Notes under the pieces: model-generated | The model's input: the letters and a program-made list of their open reading frames with translations, nothing else | Databases searched by the model: none | Told to the model about the DNA's origin: nothing | Assembly: GCA_038087875.1 (NCBI GenBank) | Contig: CM075989.1 | Span: 1,178,001-1,242,000 of the forward strand | Length of the DNA: 64,000 nt | Direction of reading: 5' to 3' | Source: Malacoraja senta | Taxonomy: Eukaryota | Program-made: the position numbers and the translations under genes | Part shown: positions 26,138-39,802 of the stretch, in pieces | Numbering within the stretch: position 1 is the stretch's first letter | How the letters are laid out: the number at the start of each line of letters is the position of its first letter

Positions 26138-28385
26138 CCATATAACCATATAACCATATAACCATTACAGCACGGAAACAGGCCATCTCGGCCCTTCTAG
26201 TCCGTGCCGAACATTTTTTTTTCTTCTTTTTTTTTACATTAAAAAAAAAAAAAAAAAATACTTCCCCCTTGTCCCATCTACCTGCACTCAGACCATAACC
26301 CTCCATTCCTTTCCCGTCAATATACCCATCCAATCTATTTTTAAAGGATAAAATCGAACCAGCCTCCACCACTTCCACTGGAAGCTCATTCCACACAGCT
26401 ACCACTCTCTGAGTAAAGAAGTTCCCCCTAATGTTACCCCAAAACTTCTGTCCCTTAATTCTCAAGTCATGTCCCCTTGTTTGAATCTTCCCTACTCTCA
26501 ATGGAAAAAGCTTATCCACGTCAACTCTGTCTAACCCGCTCATAATTTTAAAGTCCTCTATCAAGTCCCCTCTTAACCTTCTACGCTCCAAAGAATAAAG
26601 ACCTAACTTGTTCAACCTTTCTCTGTAACTTAGTTGCTGAAACCCAGGCAACATTCTAGTAAATCTCCTCTGTACTCTCTCTATTTTGTTAACATCCTTC
26701 CTAATTAGACGACCAAAATTGTACTCCATACTCCAGAATTGGCCTCACCAATGCCTTGTGCAATTTTAACATTACATCCCAACTTCTATATTCAATGCTC
26801 TGATTTATAAAGGCCAGCACACCAAAAGCTTTCCTTACCACCCTATCTACATGAGATTCCACCTTCAGGGAACTATGTACAGTTATTTCTAGATCCCTCT
26901 GTTCAACTGCATTCCTCAATTCTCTACCATTTACCATGTACGTCCTATTTTGATTTGTCCTGCCGAGATGTAGTACCTCACATTTATCAGCATTAAACTC
27001 CATCTGCCATCTTTCTGCCCACTCTTCCAAATGACCTAAATCTCCCTATCTTAGTATCATCTGCATACTTACTAATCCAATTTTCCACACCATCATCCAG
27101 ATCATTGATGTACATGACAAACAACAGTGGACCCAACACAGACCCCTGAGGCACCCCACTAGTCACCGGCCTCCAACCTGACAAACAGCCATCCACCATT
27201 ACTCTCTGGCATCTCCCATTCAGCCACTGTTGAATCCATCTTGCTACTCCACCATTAATACCCAACAATTTAATCTTCTTAACCAACCTTCCATGAGGAA
27301 CCTTGTGAAAGGCCTTACTGAAGTCCATATAGACAACATCCACTGCTTTACCCTCATCAATTTCCCTAGTAACCTCTTCGAAAAATTCTAGAAGATTAGT
27401 CAAACATGACCTTCCAGGCACAAATCCATGTTGACTGTTCCTAATCAGACCCTGCTTATCCAGATGCTTATATATATTATCTCTAAGTATCCTTTCCATT
27501 AATTTGCCCACAACTGACGTCAAACTAACAGGTCTATAATTGCTAGGTTTACTCTTAGAACCCTTTTTAAACAATGGAACAACATGCGCAGTACGCCAAT
27601 CCTCCGGCACTATTCCCGTTTCTAATGACATTTGAAATATTTCTGTCATAGCCCCTGCTATTTCTACACTAACTTCCCTCAATGTCCTCGGGAATATCCT
27701 GTCAGGACCTGGAGACTTATCCGTTTTCATATTTTTCAAAAGTGTCTGCACCTCCTCTTCTTTGAATCTCATAGTTTCCATTGCTACTCTGCTTGTTTCC
27801 CTTACCTCACATAATTCCATATCCTTCTCCTTGGTGAATACCGAAGAAAATAAATTGTTCAGTATCTCCCCCATCTCTTTTGGCTCTGCAGATAGCTGTC
27901 CACTCTGACTCTCTAATGGACCAATTTTATTCCTTGTTATCCTTTTGCTATTAATATAGCTGTAGAAACCCTTTGGATTTACTTTCACCTTACTTGCCAA
28001 AGCAACCTCATATCTTCTTTTAGCTTTTCTAATTTATTTCTTAATATTCTTTTTACATTCTTTATACTCCTCAAGCACCTCATTTACTCCATGCTGCCTA
28101 TAATTATTGTAGATCTCTCTCTTTTTCCGAACCAAGTGTCCAATTTCTCTTGATAACCATGGCTCTTTCCAATTTTTACTATTTCCTTTCAACCGAACAG
28201 GGACATAAAGATTCTGTACTCGTAAAATTTCACCCTTAAATGTCCTCCATTTCTCTTCTACATTCTTCCCATAAAACAACATGTCCCAATTCACTCCTTT
28301 TAAATCCTTTCGCATCTCCTCAAAGTTAGCCTTTCTCCAATCAAAATTCTCAACCCTAGGTCCAGTTCTGACCCTCACCATATAT
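26138..28385 (-). mobile_element. CR1 LINE, 5'-truncated; same young subfamily as 32856-35946
   Basis: RT ORFs 26993-28000, 26701-27030 and 26121-26729; (atatggtt)n tail; near-identical by eye to 33686-35946. Confidence 0.95.
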
Positions 28386-29433
28386 TCTGACCCTCTCCTG
28401 ACAGTCTCTGGAGCACATCCACATTGGCCTCTGGTGTTTCAAAGAGTTTGTGCAAAAGTCGTCAAAAGCAACACTGTTGTCATAAACAATTAATTTCATC
28501 TCAGATCTTGTGCGATTAGAACTGCAATACATTGGGACTGACTGGCTTTCTGCATCCATAACCAGCATGTTGGCTATGTAGGCTCCCCCTTTCATTGTCT
28601 GCTGTGAGGCATCAGTTGACTTGCGCTGTTTGGTGATTATCAGAGTTTGCCAGAGTGGAATTCTCTGCTACAGAAGACATTGGAGGCCAATGCACTGGAT
28701 GTTTTCAAGATAGAGTTAGATTTAGGTCTTTGGGCTAAAGGAATCAAGGGATACGGGGAAAAAACAGGACAGGGGAATTATTTTAGATGATCAGTCATGA
28801 TCATATTGAATGGCTTGAAAGGCCGAATGGCCTACTCCTGCACCTATGTTTCTATGTTTCTATGTTTCTTTGACAGCAGTTGCTCTCTTTGCTGATGTGG
28901 AGGTTTTGGAGGTTTTGCAGACGTTTACCAGAATGATGTCTGATCAGTCGGTATTAGCTACTGGGAGAGGTCGGAGAGACTTGGATTGTTTTCTCTGGAA
29001 CAGCGTAGGTTACGTGGAGCCCAGATAGAAGTTTATAAAATTATAGAGGCTCAGATAGGGGACCCAGGCAGAATGTTTTTGCCAGATAGAAAAATCAAAT
29101 ACTGGAGGGCATAGCTTTAAGGTGAATGAGGTAAAGTTTAAAGGAGATGTGTGGGGATGTGTTTTAAACAGAGGGTGGTGAGTGCCTGGATCACGGTGCT
29201 GGAGGTGGTTTGACATTAGTGGCATTTATGGATAGCCATGTGGATATGCAGGGAATGGAGGGATATGGTTTGTGTGCAGGTAGATGAGTGATGGTCTTGG
29301 CATTATATGCGACACAGACATTATGGGCTGAAGGGTCTGATCTTGTTCTGCACTGTTCTGTATTCTATGTTCTATTTCTGTGTTTTTTTAAATTACTGTG
29401 CTTTTGTGACTTTATGCCTAACTTTAATTTCAG

Positions 29434-29511
29434 GGCTAAAATCTTTGAAGATATTCAGCGTTTAGTCAGCTCGGGGGATGTCCTGAACAGGGTCATATTG
29501 GACATTGAAAG
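29434..29511 (+). CDS. AGBL1: AGBL1-like exon
   Basis: atttcag|G...GAAAG|gttggt; 78 nt, phase 2-2; (R)AKIFEDIQRLVSSGDVLNRVILDIE(S). Confidence 0.88.
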
Positions 29512-29756
29512 GTTGGTTGGTCTGTTTACATCCTCTGTCTAATGCTTCACTCTAATCCCAAACTACAGAGAATTGCTTCTCAAATGTACCTGGAGCTGGC
29601 GACCAGAGGCACCTTTAACTACCAGGTGAAAAAAAATGGGCCGATGGATTCCTGGCTAATGAAGAGAGCTGAAATCAAATTCATGGTCCATTTAATGAGA
29701 TTTATTAATATCCTTTGGTCTAATGTCATAAAACACCTTGTGCCCAACATCAAAAA

Positions 29757-30130
29757 GGAATCTAGACATAAAGTGCTGGAGTAACTCCGTGGGTCAGGCA
29801 GCCTCTCTGGAGAAAAGGAATAAGTGAAGATTTGGGCCAGAACCCTAAACTCAAATTGAGGGGAACAGCACTTCATATTTTGCTTGGGCAATTTGCAGCC
29901 CAGCGGAATGAATGTGGATTTCCTTAATTTCAAGTAACTCCTGCATTCCATCCCCTCCCCCCACCCTAGTTGCCCTATCAGTTCCACTGGTCGCATCCTT
30001 ATAAACATCTTGCTATCACATCTTCCCCAGCCAGGAATGGACCATTATGGGCTTCACCCTTCCTGCCACCCCTAATTTAGATCTACCTTTTCCTGCCTCC
30101 CGTTTATTCCCCCCCCCCCCGAATAACCCT
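29757..30130 (+). mobile_element. Penelope-like 3' end (endonuclease C-terminus and UTR) preceded by an inverted pLTR piece
   Basis: EQHFIFCLGNLQPSGMNVDFLNFK*, homologous to 60975-61113 and 53520-53610. Confidence 0.7.
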
Positions 30131-31810
30131 TGTGGTGGGGTGAGCCATTTTGGTATTGAACCATCGTTGGTCGGGCTTGAACTCTCGCATGGACCGGGCG
30201 TGATCTGGGTTGACCAATAATGCATTCAGGGGGGCGGGCTATGGTGGGGATTGGGAATTGGAGTTTTAGTCGGGCGTGCTCACGAGCGACGGGAATGCTA
30301 TGGTGGTTATGGGAGATTTCAACATGCAGGTAGACTGGGAAAATCATGTTGGACCCCAAGAAAGGGAGTTTGTGGAGTGCCTCCAAGATGGACTTTTAGA
30401 GCAGCTTGTACTGGAGCCTACCAGGGAAAAGGCAATTCTGGATTTAGTGTTGTGTAATGAACCGGATTTGATAAGGAAACTCAAGGCTAAGGAGCCATTA
30501 GGAGGCAGTGACCATAATATGATAATGTTTAATCTACAAGTTGAGAGAGAGAAGGGTAAATCAGAAGTGTCAGTATTACAGATGAATAAATGGGACTATG
30601 GAGTCATGAGGGAGGAGCTGGCCAAAGTTGACTGGAAAGATACCCTTGCAGGGACAACAGTGGAACAACAACGGCAGGTATTTCTGGGAATAATACAGAA
30701 GGTGCAGGATCAGTTCATTCCAAAGAGGAAGAAAGATTCCAAGGGGAGTAAGGGGCGACCGTGACTGACAAGGGAAGTCAGGGACAGTATGAAAATAATA
30801 AAGAAGTATAACATAGCAAAGATGAGCGGGAAGCCAGAGGATTGGGAAACTTTTAAAGAGCAACAGAAGATAACTAAAAAAGGAGAAAAGATGAGGTACG
30901 AAGGTAAGCTAGCCAAGAATATAAAGGAGAATAGTAAAAGCTTCTTTAGATATGTGAAGAGGAAAAAATTAGTAAAGACGAATGTAGGTCCCTTGAAGAC
31001 AGAGACAGGTGAATTTATTATAGGGAACAAGGAAATGGCAGACGAGTTGAACAGGTACTTTGGATCTGTCTTTACTGAGGAAGACACAAATAATCTCCCA
31101 GATGTACTAGTGGCCAGAGGACCTAGGGTGACGGAGGAACTGAAGGAAATTCCCATTAGGCAGGAAATGGTGTTGGGTAGACTGATGGGACTGAAGGCTG
31201 ATAAATCCCCAGGGCCTGATGGTCTGCATCCCAGGGTACTTAAGGAAGTGACTCTAGAAATCGTGGATGCATTAGTGATAATTTTCCAATGTTCTTTAGA
31301 CTCACGATCAGCTCGTGTGGATTGGAGGGTAGCTAATATTATCCCACTTTTTAAGAAAATCGGGAGAGAGAAAACAGGGAATTATAGACCAGTTAGCCTG
31401 GCATCAGTGGTGGGGAAGATGCTGCAGTCAATTATAAAAAATGAAATAGCGGCACATTTGGATAGCAGTAACAAGACCAGTCCAAGTCAGCATGGATTTA
31501 CGAAGGGGAAATCATCCTTGACTAATCTTCTGGAATTTTTTGAAGATGTAACTAGGAAAATGGACAAGGAGATCCAGTGGATTTAGTGTACCTGGACTTT
31601 CAGAGAGCATTTGATAAGGTCCCACAGGAGATTAGTGGGCAAAATTAGAGCACATGGTATTGGGGGTAGGGTGCTGACATGGAATAGAAAATTGGTTGGC
31701 AGACAGGAAACAAAGAGTAGGGATTAACGGGTCCCTGTCAGAATGGCAGGCAGTGACTAGTGGGGTACCGCAAGGCTCGGTGCTGGGACCACAGGTATTT
31801 ACAATATACA

Positions 31811-32335
31811 CTAGACTAAGTGGGACCCGTTGGCCCCCACATTTCAATTGCACAGCACTCCAGGCAGGGTGCAGACCCCCACATTTCAATTTCATAGCAT
31901 TTCAGGCAGAGTGCAGGCCACCAAATTGCCAAACAACAGTGCATTGTCATTAAGGGCTAACAAATCATTTATTGCAAGTACATTGCATACAGTTCAGTTG
32001 ATTCACAGCTTAAAATGATAGTCGTGGCCTCTCCCTTGAGATCTTGCACAGTGACTGACTCACGTCCAGGCATCCGGGGTTTATAGTCCTGCCCCCAACA
32101 GGAAGGGGCGTTACCTTCATTACGGTGATTGACAGGCGAGAGGTTCTCAAGGTTTTTTAAACACTCATCATTCTTTTATTTTTTATTGATGGGAAAAATC
32201 CTTGGGGCTTGTGCAGCGACGGAGGTCTGTGAGTAGGATGGCCAAAAATCACAGCCATATATGGTAGCTTTTTTTCTAAAATCAATATACAGCGCAGACA
32301 GGAAGTGGTCAAGATGAGACTTTTAATTATATAGA
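31811..32335 (-). mobile_element. Non-autonomous Helitron (525 bp)
   Basis: Minus strand: A|TCTATATAATTAAAAG...GGGGGCCAACGGGTCCCACTTAGTCTAG|T. 5'-TC, subterminal hairpin, 3'-CTAG, A|T target, no TSD; host CR1 sequence restored on removal. Confidence 0.85.
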
Positions 32336-32855
32336 TTAAGATTTAGATGAAGGGATTAAAAGTAACATTAGCAAATTTGCAGATGACACAAAGCTGGGTG
32401 GCAGTGTGATCTGTGAGGAGGATGCTATGAGGGATGCAGGGTGACTTGGACAGGTTGTGTGAGTGGGCAGATGCATGGCAGATGCAGTTTAATGTGGATA
32501 AATGTGGGGTTATCCACTTTGGTGGCAAGAACGGGAAGGCAGATTATTATCTGATTGTGTCAAGTTAGGAAAAGGGGAAGTACAATAAGATCTGGGGGTC
32601 CTTGTTCATCAGTCACTGAAAGTAAGTATGCGGGTACAGCAGGCAGTGAAGTAAGCGATGGCATGTTGGCCTTCATTGTGTACAGTTTTGGGCTCCAAAT
32701 TTGAGGGACATTCTTGCTATTGAGGGAGTGCAGCGTAGGTTCACAAGGCTAATTCCCGGGATGGCGGTACAGTCATACGTTGATAGAATGGAGCGGCTGG
32801 GCTTGTATACTCTGGAATTTAGGAGGATGAGAGGGCATCTTATTGATACATATAT

Positions 32856-35800
32856 TATGCAAAGGCTACTGGAGAGATTTGCAAAGGCTACTGGGGAGAC
32901 TTTAAACTAGAACGGTTGGGGGGAGGGACTCAAATAGAGAAATATGGTAGAAAATGTGGGAGGCAGGAGGCACTCGGCCCCAAAATGTAGGGGAGAAAGA
33001 AGAAAAAGATAATAAACAGAGAATAAGTGGTGGTGGGTTTCTTAAATGTGTATATTTTAATGCTAGGAGCATTGTAAGAAAGGTGGATGAGCTTAGAGTC
33101 TGGATTGACACCTGGAAGTATGATGTTGTGGCGATCAGTGAAACATGGTTGCAGGAGGGCTGTGATTGGAAACTAAATATTCCAGGATTTCGTTGCTTCA
33201 GGGGTGATAGAATTGGAGGGGCAAGAGGTGGGGGTGTTGCATTGCTTGTCAAGGAAGATATTACAGCAGTGCTTTGGCAGGATAGATTAGAGGGCTCATC
33301 TAGGGAGGCTATTTGGGTGGAGCTGAGAAATGGGAAAGGTGTAGCAACACTTATAGGGGTGTATTATAGACCGCCAAATGGGGAGCGAGAATTGGAAGAG
33401 CAAATATGTAAGGAGATCGCAGATATTAGTAGTAAGCACAAGGTAGTGATTGTGGGAGATTTCAATTTTCCACACATAGACTGGGAAACACATTCTGTAA
33501 AAGGGCTGGATGGTTTGGAGTTTGTAAAATGTGTGCAGGATAGTTTTTTGCAGCAATACATAGAGGTGCCTACTAGAGAAGGGGCAGTGCTGGACCTCCT
33601 GTTAGGAAACGAGACCGGGCAGGTGGCGGAGGTAAGCGTTGGGGAGCACTTCGGGTCCAGTGATCACAATACCATTAGTTTCAATATAATTATGGAGATG
33701 GTCAGAACTGGACCTAGGTTTGAGATTTTTGATTGGAGAAAGGCTAACTTTGAGGAGATGCGAAAGGATTTAAAAGGAGTGAATTGGGACATGTTGTTTT
33801 ATGGGAAGGATGTAGAAGAAAAATGGAGGACATTTAAAGGTGAAATTTTAAGAGTACAGAATCTTTGTACCTGTTCGGTTGAAAGGAAATAGTAAAAATT
33901 GGAAAGAGCCATGGTTTTCAAGGGAAATTAGACACTTGGTTCGGAAAAAGAGAGAGATCTACAATAATTATAGGCAGCATGGAGTAAATGAGGTGCTTGA
34001 GGAGTATAAAGAATGTAAAAAGAATATTAAGAAAGAAATTAGTAAAGCTAAAAGAAGATATGAGGTTGCTTTGGCAAGTAAGGTGAAAGTAAATCCAAAG
34101 GGTTTCTACAGCTATATTAATAGCAAAAGGATAACAAGGAATAAAATTGGTCCATTAGAGAGTCAGAGTGGACAGCTATCTGCAGAGCCAAAAGAGATGG
34201 GGGAGATACTGAACAATGTCTTTTCTTCGGTATTCACCAAGGAGAAGGATATGGAATTATGTGAGGTAAGGGAAACAAGCAGAGTAGCAATGGAAACTGT
34301 GAGATTCAAAGAAGAGGAGGTGCGGACACTTTAGAAAATTATGAAAACGGATAAGTCTCCAGGTCCTGACAGGATATTCCCGAGGACATTGAGGGAAGTT
34401 AGTGTAGAAATAGCAGGGGCTATGACAGAAATATTTCAAATGTCATTAGAAACGGGAATAGTGCCGGAGGATTGGCGCATGTTGTTCCGTTGTTTAAAAA
34501 TGGTTCTAAGAGTAAACCTAGCAATTATAGACCTGTTAGTTTGACGTCAGTGGTGGGCAAATTAATGGAAAGGATACTTAAAGATAATATATATAAGCAT
34601 CTGGATAAGCAGGATCTGATTAGGAATAGTCAACATGGATTTGTGCCTGGAAGGTCATGTTTGACTAATCTTCTAGAATTTTTCGAAGAGGTTACTACGG
34701 AAATTGATGAGGGTAATGCAGTGGATGTTGTCTATATGGACTTCAGTAAGGCCTTTGACAAGCTTCCTCATGGAAGGTTGGTTAAGAAGATTAAATTGTT
34801 GGGTATTAATGGTGGAGTAGCAAGATGGATTCAACAGTGGCTGAATGGGAGATGCCAGAGAGTAATGGTGGATGGCTGTTTGTCAGGTTGGAGGCCGGTG
34901 ACTAGTGGGGTGCCTCAGGGGTCTGTGTTGGGTCCACTGTTGTTTGTCAAGTACATCAATGATCTGGATGATGGTGTGGAAAATTGGATTAGTAAGTATG
35001 CAGATGATACTAAGATAGGTGGTGTGGTGGATAATGAAGTAGATTTTCAAAGTCTACAGAGAGATTTAGGCCATTTGGCAGAGTGCGCTGAAAGATGGCA
35101 GATGAAGTTTAATGCTGATAAATGTGAGGTACTACATCTCGGCAGGACAAATCAAAATAGGACGTACATGGTAAATGGTAGAGAATTGAGGAATGCAGTT
35201 TAACAGAGGGATCTAGGAATAACTGTGCATAGTTCCCTGAAGGTGGAATCTCATGTAGATAGGGTGGTAAAGAAAGCTTTTGGTGTGCTGGCCTTTATAA
35301 ATCAGAGCATTGAATATAGAAGTTGGGATGTAATGTTAAAATTGTACAAGGCATTGGTGAGGCCAATTCTGGAGTATGGAGTACAATTTTGGTCGCCTAA
35401 TTATAGGAAGGATGTCAACAAAATAGAGAGAGTACAGAGGAGATTTACTAGAATGTTGCCTGGGTTTCAGCAACTAAGTTACAGAGAAAGGTTGAACAAG
35501 TTAGGTTTTTATTCTTTGGAGCACAGAAGGTTAAGAGGGGACTTGATAGAGGTCTTTAAAATTATGAGCGGGTTGGACAGACTTGACGTGGATAAGCTTT
35601 TTCCATTGAAAGTAGGGAAGATTCAAACAAGGGGACATGACTTGAGAATTAAGGGACAGAAGTTTAGGGGTAACATTAGGGGGAACTTCTTTACTCAGAG
35701 AGTGGTAGCTGTGTGGAATGAGCTTCCAGTGGAAGTGGTGGAGGCTGGTTCGATTTTATCCTTTAAAAATAGATTGAATGTGTATATGGACAGGAAAGGA

Positions 35801-35946
35801 ATGGAGGGTTATGGTCTGAGTGCAGGTAGATGGGACAAGGGGGAAGTTTTTTTTATTTTTTTAATAAAAAAATAAAAAAAATGTTCGGCACGGACTTGAA
35901 GGGCCGAGATGGCCTGTTTCCGTGCTGTAATGGTTATATGGTTATA
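32856..35946 (+). mobile_element. CR1 LINE with probable ORF1 end and full-length but disrupted ORF2 (APE endonuclease + RT)
   Basis: YFNARS, ISETW, YRPP, GDFN, SDH and YADD motifs; frameshifts near 33866 and 34476, stops at about 34332 and 35201; (atatggtt)n tail. Confidence 0.95.
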
Positions 35947-38900
35947 TGATTATTAAGGGATTGGACATGCTAGAGGCAGGAAACATGTTCCCGATGTTGG
36001 GGGAGTCCAGAATCAAGGGCCACAGTTTAAGAATAACGAGTAGGCCATTTAGAACGGCGATTAGGAAAAACATTTTCACCCAGAGATTTGTGAATCTGTG
36101 GAATTCTCTGTCTCAGAAGGCAGTGGAGGCCAATTCTTTGGATGCTTTCAAGAGAGAGAGTTTTTTAGAGCTCTTAAAGATAGCGGAGTCAGGGGACATG
36201 GGGAGAAGGCAGGAACGGGGTACTGATTGCGGATAATCAGCCATGATCACATTGAATGGCGGTGCTGGCTCGAAGGGCCGAATGGCCTACTCCTGCACCT
36301 ATTGTCTATTGTTTATTGTCTTTTCACACGGTAATAGTTAAATATTAACTTGATGCGTGCGTGAGCGAAGGGGCAGTATCGATTAATTATTAAATGGAGT
36401 GTTAACACAACGGGTGGACCTCTACAGTGGTGACCCCCGATGATCCAAAGCAGATTTTGGATTTTATCATGTTTGCAGCTGACAATTCAGTCCAGCAGAA
36501 CGCAGTGTGGATCAAACTGCCCACTTTCTGGACATCACAGCCCCACGTGTGGTTTGAACAGGCTGAAGCCCAGTTGCACATTCACCAGATCACTACCGAT
36601 GCCTCCAAACACTACTACGTGGTCAGTGGGCTGGACCAGGACACCGCCGGGCGACTAATCGAATACCTTCGCCAGCCACCAGCCGATGGCAAGTACGAGG
36701 ACATCAAAACGCTCCTCTTGAGCACTTTCAGTCTCAGCCGCTGCGACAGGGCAGCCAGACTCCTACACATGGATGGTCTAGGCATCCGCATACCGTCCTT
36801 GCTTATGAATGAAATGCTTGCCTTGATGGACGGACACAATACCTGCCTCCTGTTCGAATAGGTTTTCGTCGAGCTGATGCCTGATGACATTCGCCTGCTC
36901 CTCACGAACGACGATTTCACCGACCCCCGACGGCCAGCTGCCCGTGCGGACGTCGGGTGATGGCGGGTCAAGCTGCCGGTCCCAGCCTCCACCGAAGGCA
37001 CGGCAGTGAGGCCGACCATGAGTGATGCCGGCAAAGGTACGTGGTGCTGTTAACACCAAAGTTGGGGTTCCGAGGCCCGCTGATGCCGACCACCATGAAC
37101 GCATCCGGGAAACACCTCAGCCGGCCGCCATTAGTGACTACTGCAGCCGGCCAGAAGCATTGCCTCCTCTACATCTGGGACCATCATTTGTGGTGGCGTT
37201 TACTCTTGGACATGGGAGCAGAGGTCAGTGTTTTGCCCCCATCGGGGGCTGACACTCATTCTGGAAACAGGGGGCCTTCTCTGGCCATCGCCAATGGCAG
37301 CAACATCAAGACATACGGGGTCCGCATGATCCCATTCACCTTCAACTCCTGTCACTTCAAGTGGCCCTTTACTATCGCCAACATCTCCCAACCGCTGCTG
37401 GACGCCGATTTCCTCCGGGCGCAATCCCGGCTGGTCGACGTGAACGGACAACGTCTCGTCAATTCTGAGACGTTCGAGTTGATCACCTTGCACCACGCTG
37501 AATTGACTGCGCCCCATCTCGGCCCGGTGACCTTCAGATCTTGCCGCATTCCCCGACATCATAACCCCCCAGTTCACAACGGGGTGAAGCACCATGTCCC
37601 CACCACCGGACCGCCACTCGTACCCATACGCAGGCTTCCCCCGACAAGCTAATTTGGGCTGACGTGGCCACGACCGCGTTCGACAACACCAAGGAGGCGC
37701 TGGCAAAGGCAATGATGCTGGTACATCCGTGGGCCAACGCACCAACAGCTCTCATGGTTCACGCATCTGGCACAGCCATGGGCCGAGTGCTGGAACAACT
37801 GATCATTGGAAGCTGGCAGCCCCTCGCCATTTTCAGTCGTCACCTGAGACCCCCCCCACCCCCACCCCCAAGAGGAACTACAGCACTTTCGACCGTTTGC
37901 TCCTCACGCTCTACCTGGCCATCCGGCATTTCCGCTAATTCGAGGGCAGGGATTTCACAGCTTTCACCGACCACAAGCCACTCATGTTTGCCTTTGTCAA
38001 GGTGTCTGTTCCCTGGTCATCCCCTCAGCAGCGTCACCTGACCTACATCTCAGAGTTCACGACTTGCGTGCAGCACATCGCAGGCAAGAACAACTGGGTC
38101 GTAGATGCATTGTCCCAAACTGCCATCAATGCCATCCACACTTTGGCCCCAGGTGTTGACTACAAGACCCTGGCGGCCGCCCAGGAGAGGATGAGCAAAT
38201 GCTCACCGACCGCACCGTCATCTCAGGCCTGTTGTTGGAGGATGTGCGATTCGGGCCCGCTGAAACCACGTTCCTTTGCAGCGTCTCTACCGGGTAGCTA
38301 AGACCCATCATCCCCGCAGCCTGGCGCCACCAGATATTCGACATGGTTCATGGTTTGGCTCACCCTTCCATCCGGGCAATAATGGCACTGGTGGCAGCCA
38401 AGTTCATGTGGCACGCGTTGTGCAAACAGGTCGGCAACTGGGCCAGGGCGTGCATCCCCTGACCTCTGCCCCCATCCAGAGGTGTCACCGTGGATGGCCA
38501 GAAGCCATCCCACTGTCAGATACCTTCACTGTGCCATGTGCACGTGCCCTCACTGCCCACTGGATCGCCCGCTTCTTGTGCCGGTGGACATCTCCTCTGA
38601 CAGAGTTGCACAGTTCACCTCCGAGTTGTGGTCAGCAATGGCCTGGCTGCTTGGCGCTCAGCTGAATCACACTACGGCCTTCCACCCGCAAGCAAACGGC
38701 CTAAAGGAACGTTTTCAAGGCACGGCTCATGGGCCCGGACTGGATGGACGAGTTGCCGTGGTCCTGCTGCGCATACGCACTGCCCCGGAGGAGGACCCAG
38801 CAATTTCCTCAGCCGAGCTGGTGTACGGCGCCCGTTTATGGTCCCGGCGGGACGTGGACATCAGGAACTGCACACGACCATGCTGACGTGCCTCCGGGAG

Positions 38901-39031
38901 AAGGTGGGCATGTCAGCATGGTCCCAACATCCTGCCACGGACTCACCACCACGTACGTCCCATCCCCCCTCCAGGACTGCCAGTACATCTTCCTTCGCCG
39001 TGATTCCCACCGTACGCCACTGCAAAGGCCT

Positions 39032-39380
39032 TAATAATAATAATAATGGATGGGATTTATATAGCGCCTTTCTAATACTCAAGGCGCTTTACATCGCATT
39101 ATTCATTCACTCCTCAGTCACACTCGGTGGTGGTGAGCTACTTCTGTAGCCACAGCTGCCCTGGGGAAGACTGACGGAAGCGTGGCTGCTAATCTGCGCC
39201 TACGGCCCCTCCGACCACCACCAATCACTCACACACATTCACACACATTCACACGCAGGCAAAGGTGGGTGAAGTGTCTTGCCCAAGGACACAACGACAG
39301 TATGCACTCCAAGCGGGATTCGAACCGGCTGCCTTCCGGTTCCCAGCCGAACACTTAGCCCATTGCGCCATCTGTCGCCC
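39032..39380 (-). mobile_element. tRNA-derived CORE-like SINE with L2-type tail, inserted in the Gypsy integrase region
   Basis: A box TGGCGCAATGG, B box GGTTCGAATCC, core gtgtccttgggcaagacactt, tail tgtaaagcgccttgag...aaaggcgctatataaatc...(att)n. Confidence 0.85.
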
Positions 39381-39802
39381 CGCGATGGACCTTTCCAGGG
39401 ACTGCAACAAGGCACCACGACTTTTGTCAATGTGGGCGGCAGGCATGAGTGTCTTTAGCCAGCACACTTGGACATTGACAAACCAGTGCAGGCGGCACAG
39501 CCCCGCTGCAGAGGGCGTCTGCCGTTATGACCGCACCCGCCCTCAACTCTGCCAGCTGCGACCCCGAACACAGGAGACATGTACACGAGATCAGACTGCC
39601 TCACTCGTGAGCCTAACCGCCTCCATTACTCCAGTTCTGAGGGGGGTCATGTGGCGGGCTGAGCCATTTTGGTATCGAACCATCGTTGGTCAGACTCGAA
39701 CTCTCGAGTGGGCCGGGCGTGATCAGGGCCGACCAATCATGCGGTCAGGGGTCAGGCCGTCGTGGGGTTTAGAGAACAAAGGATTTGGCAGTTGGAGTTT
39801 TA

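Larger units (their letters stand above)
30293..36322 (+). mobile_element. CR1 LINE inserted in the Gypsy 5' LTR (segments 30293-31810, 32336-32855, 35947-36322)
   Basis: Endonuclease end (GDFN, SDH), RT motifs and (tattgtc) tail; the sequence resumes in register across two younger insertions. Confidence 0.9.

Noticed and set aside
39290..39380. Possible tRNA gene (A and B boxes)
   Set aside because: Continues into a CORE block and L2 tail, so it is a SINE head. The same applies to the HE1-like heads.
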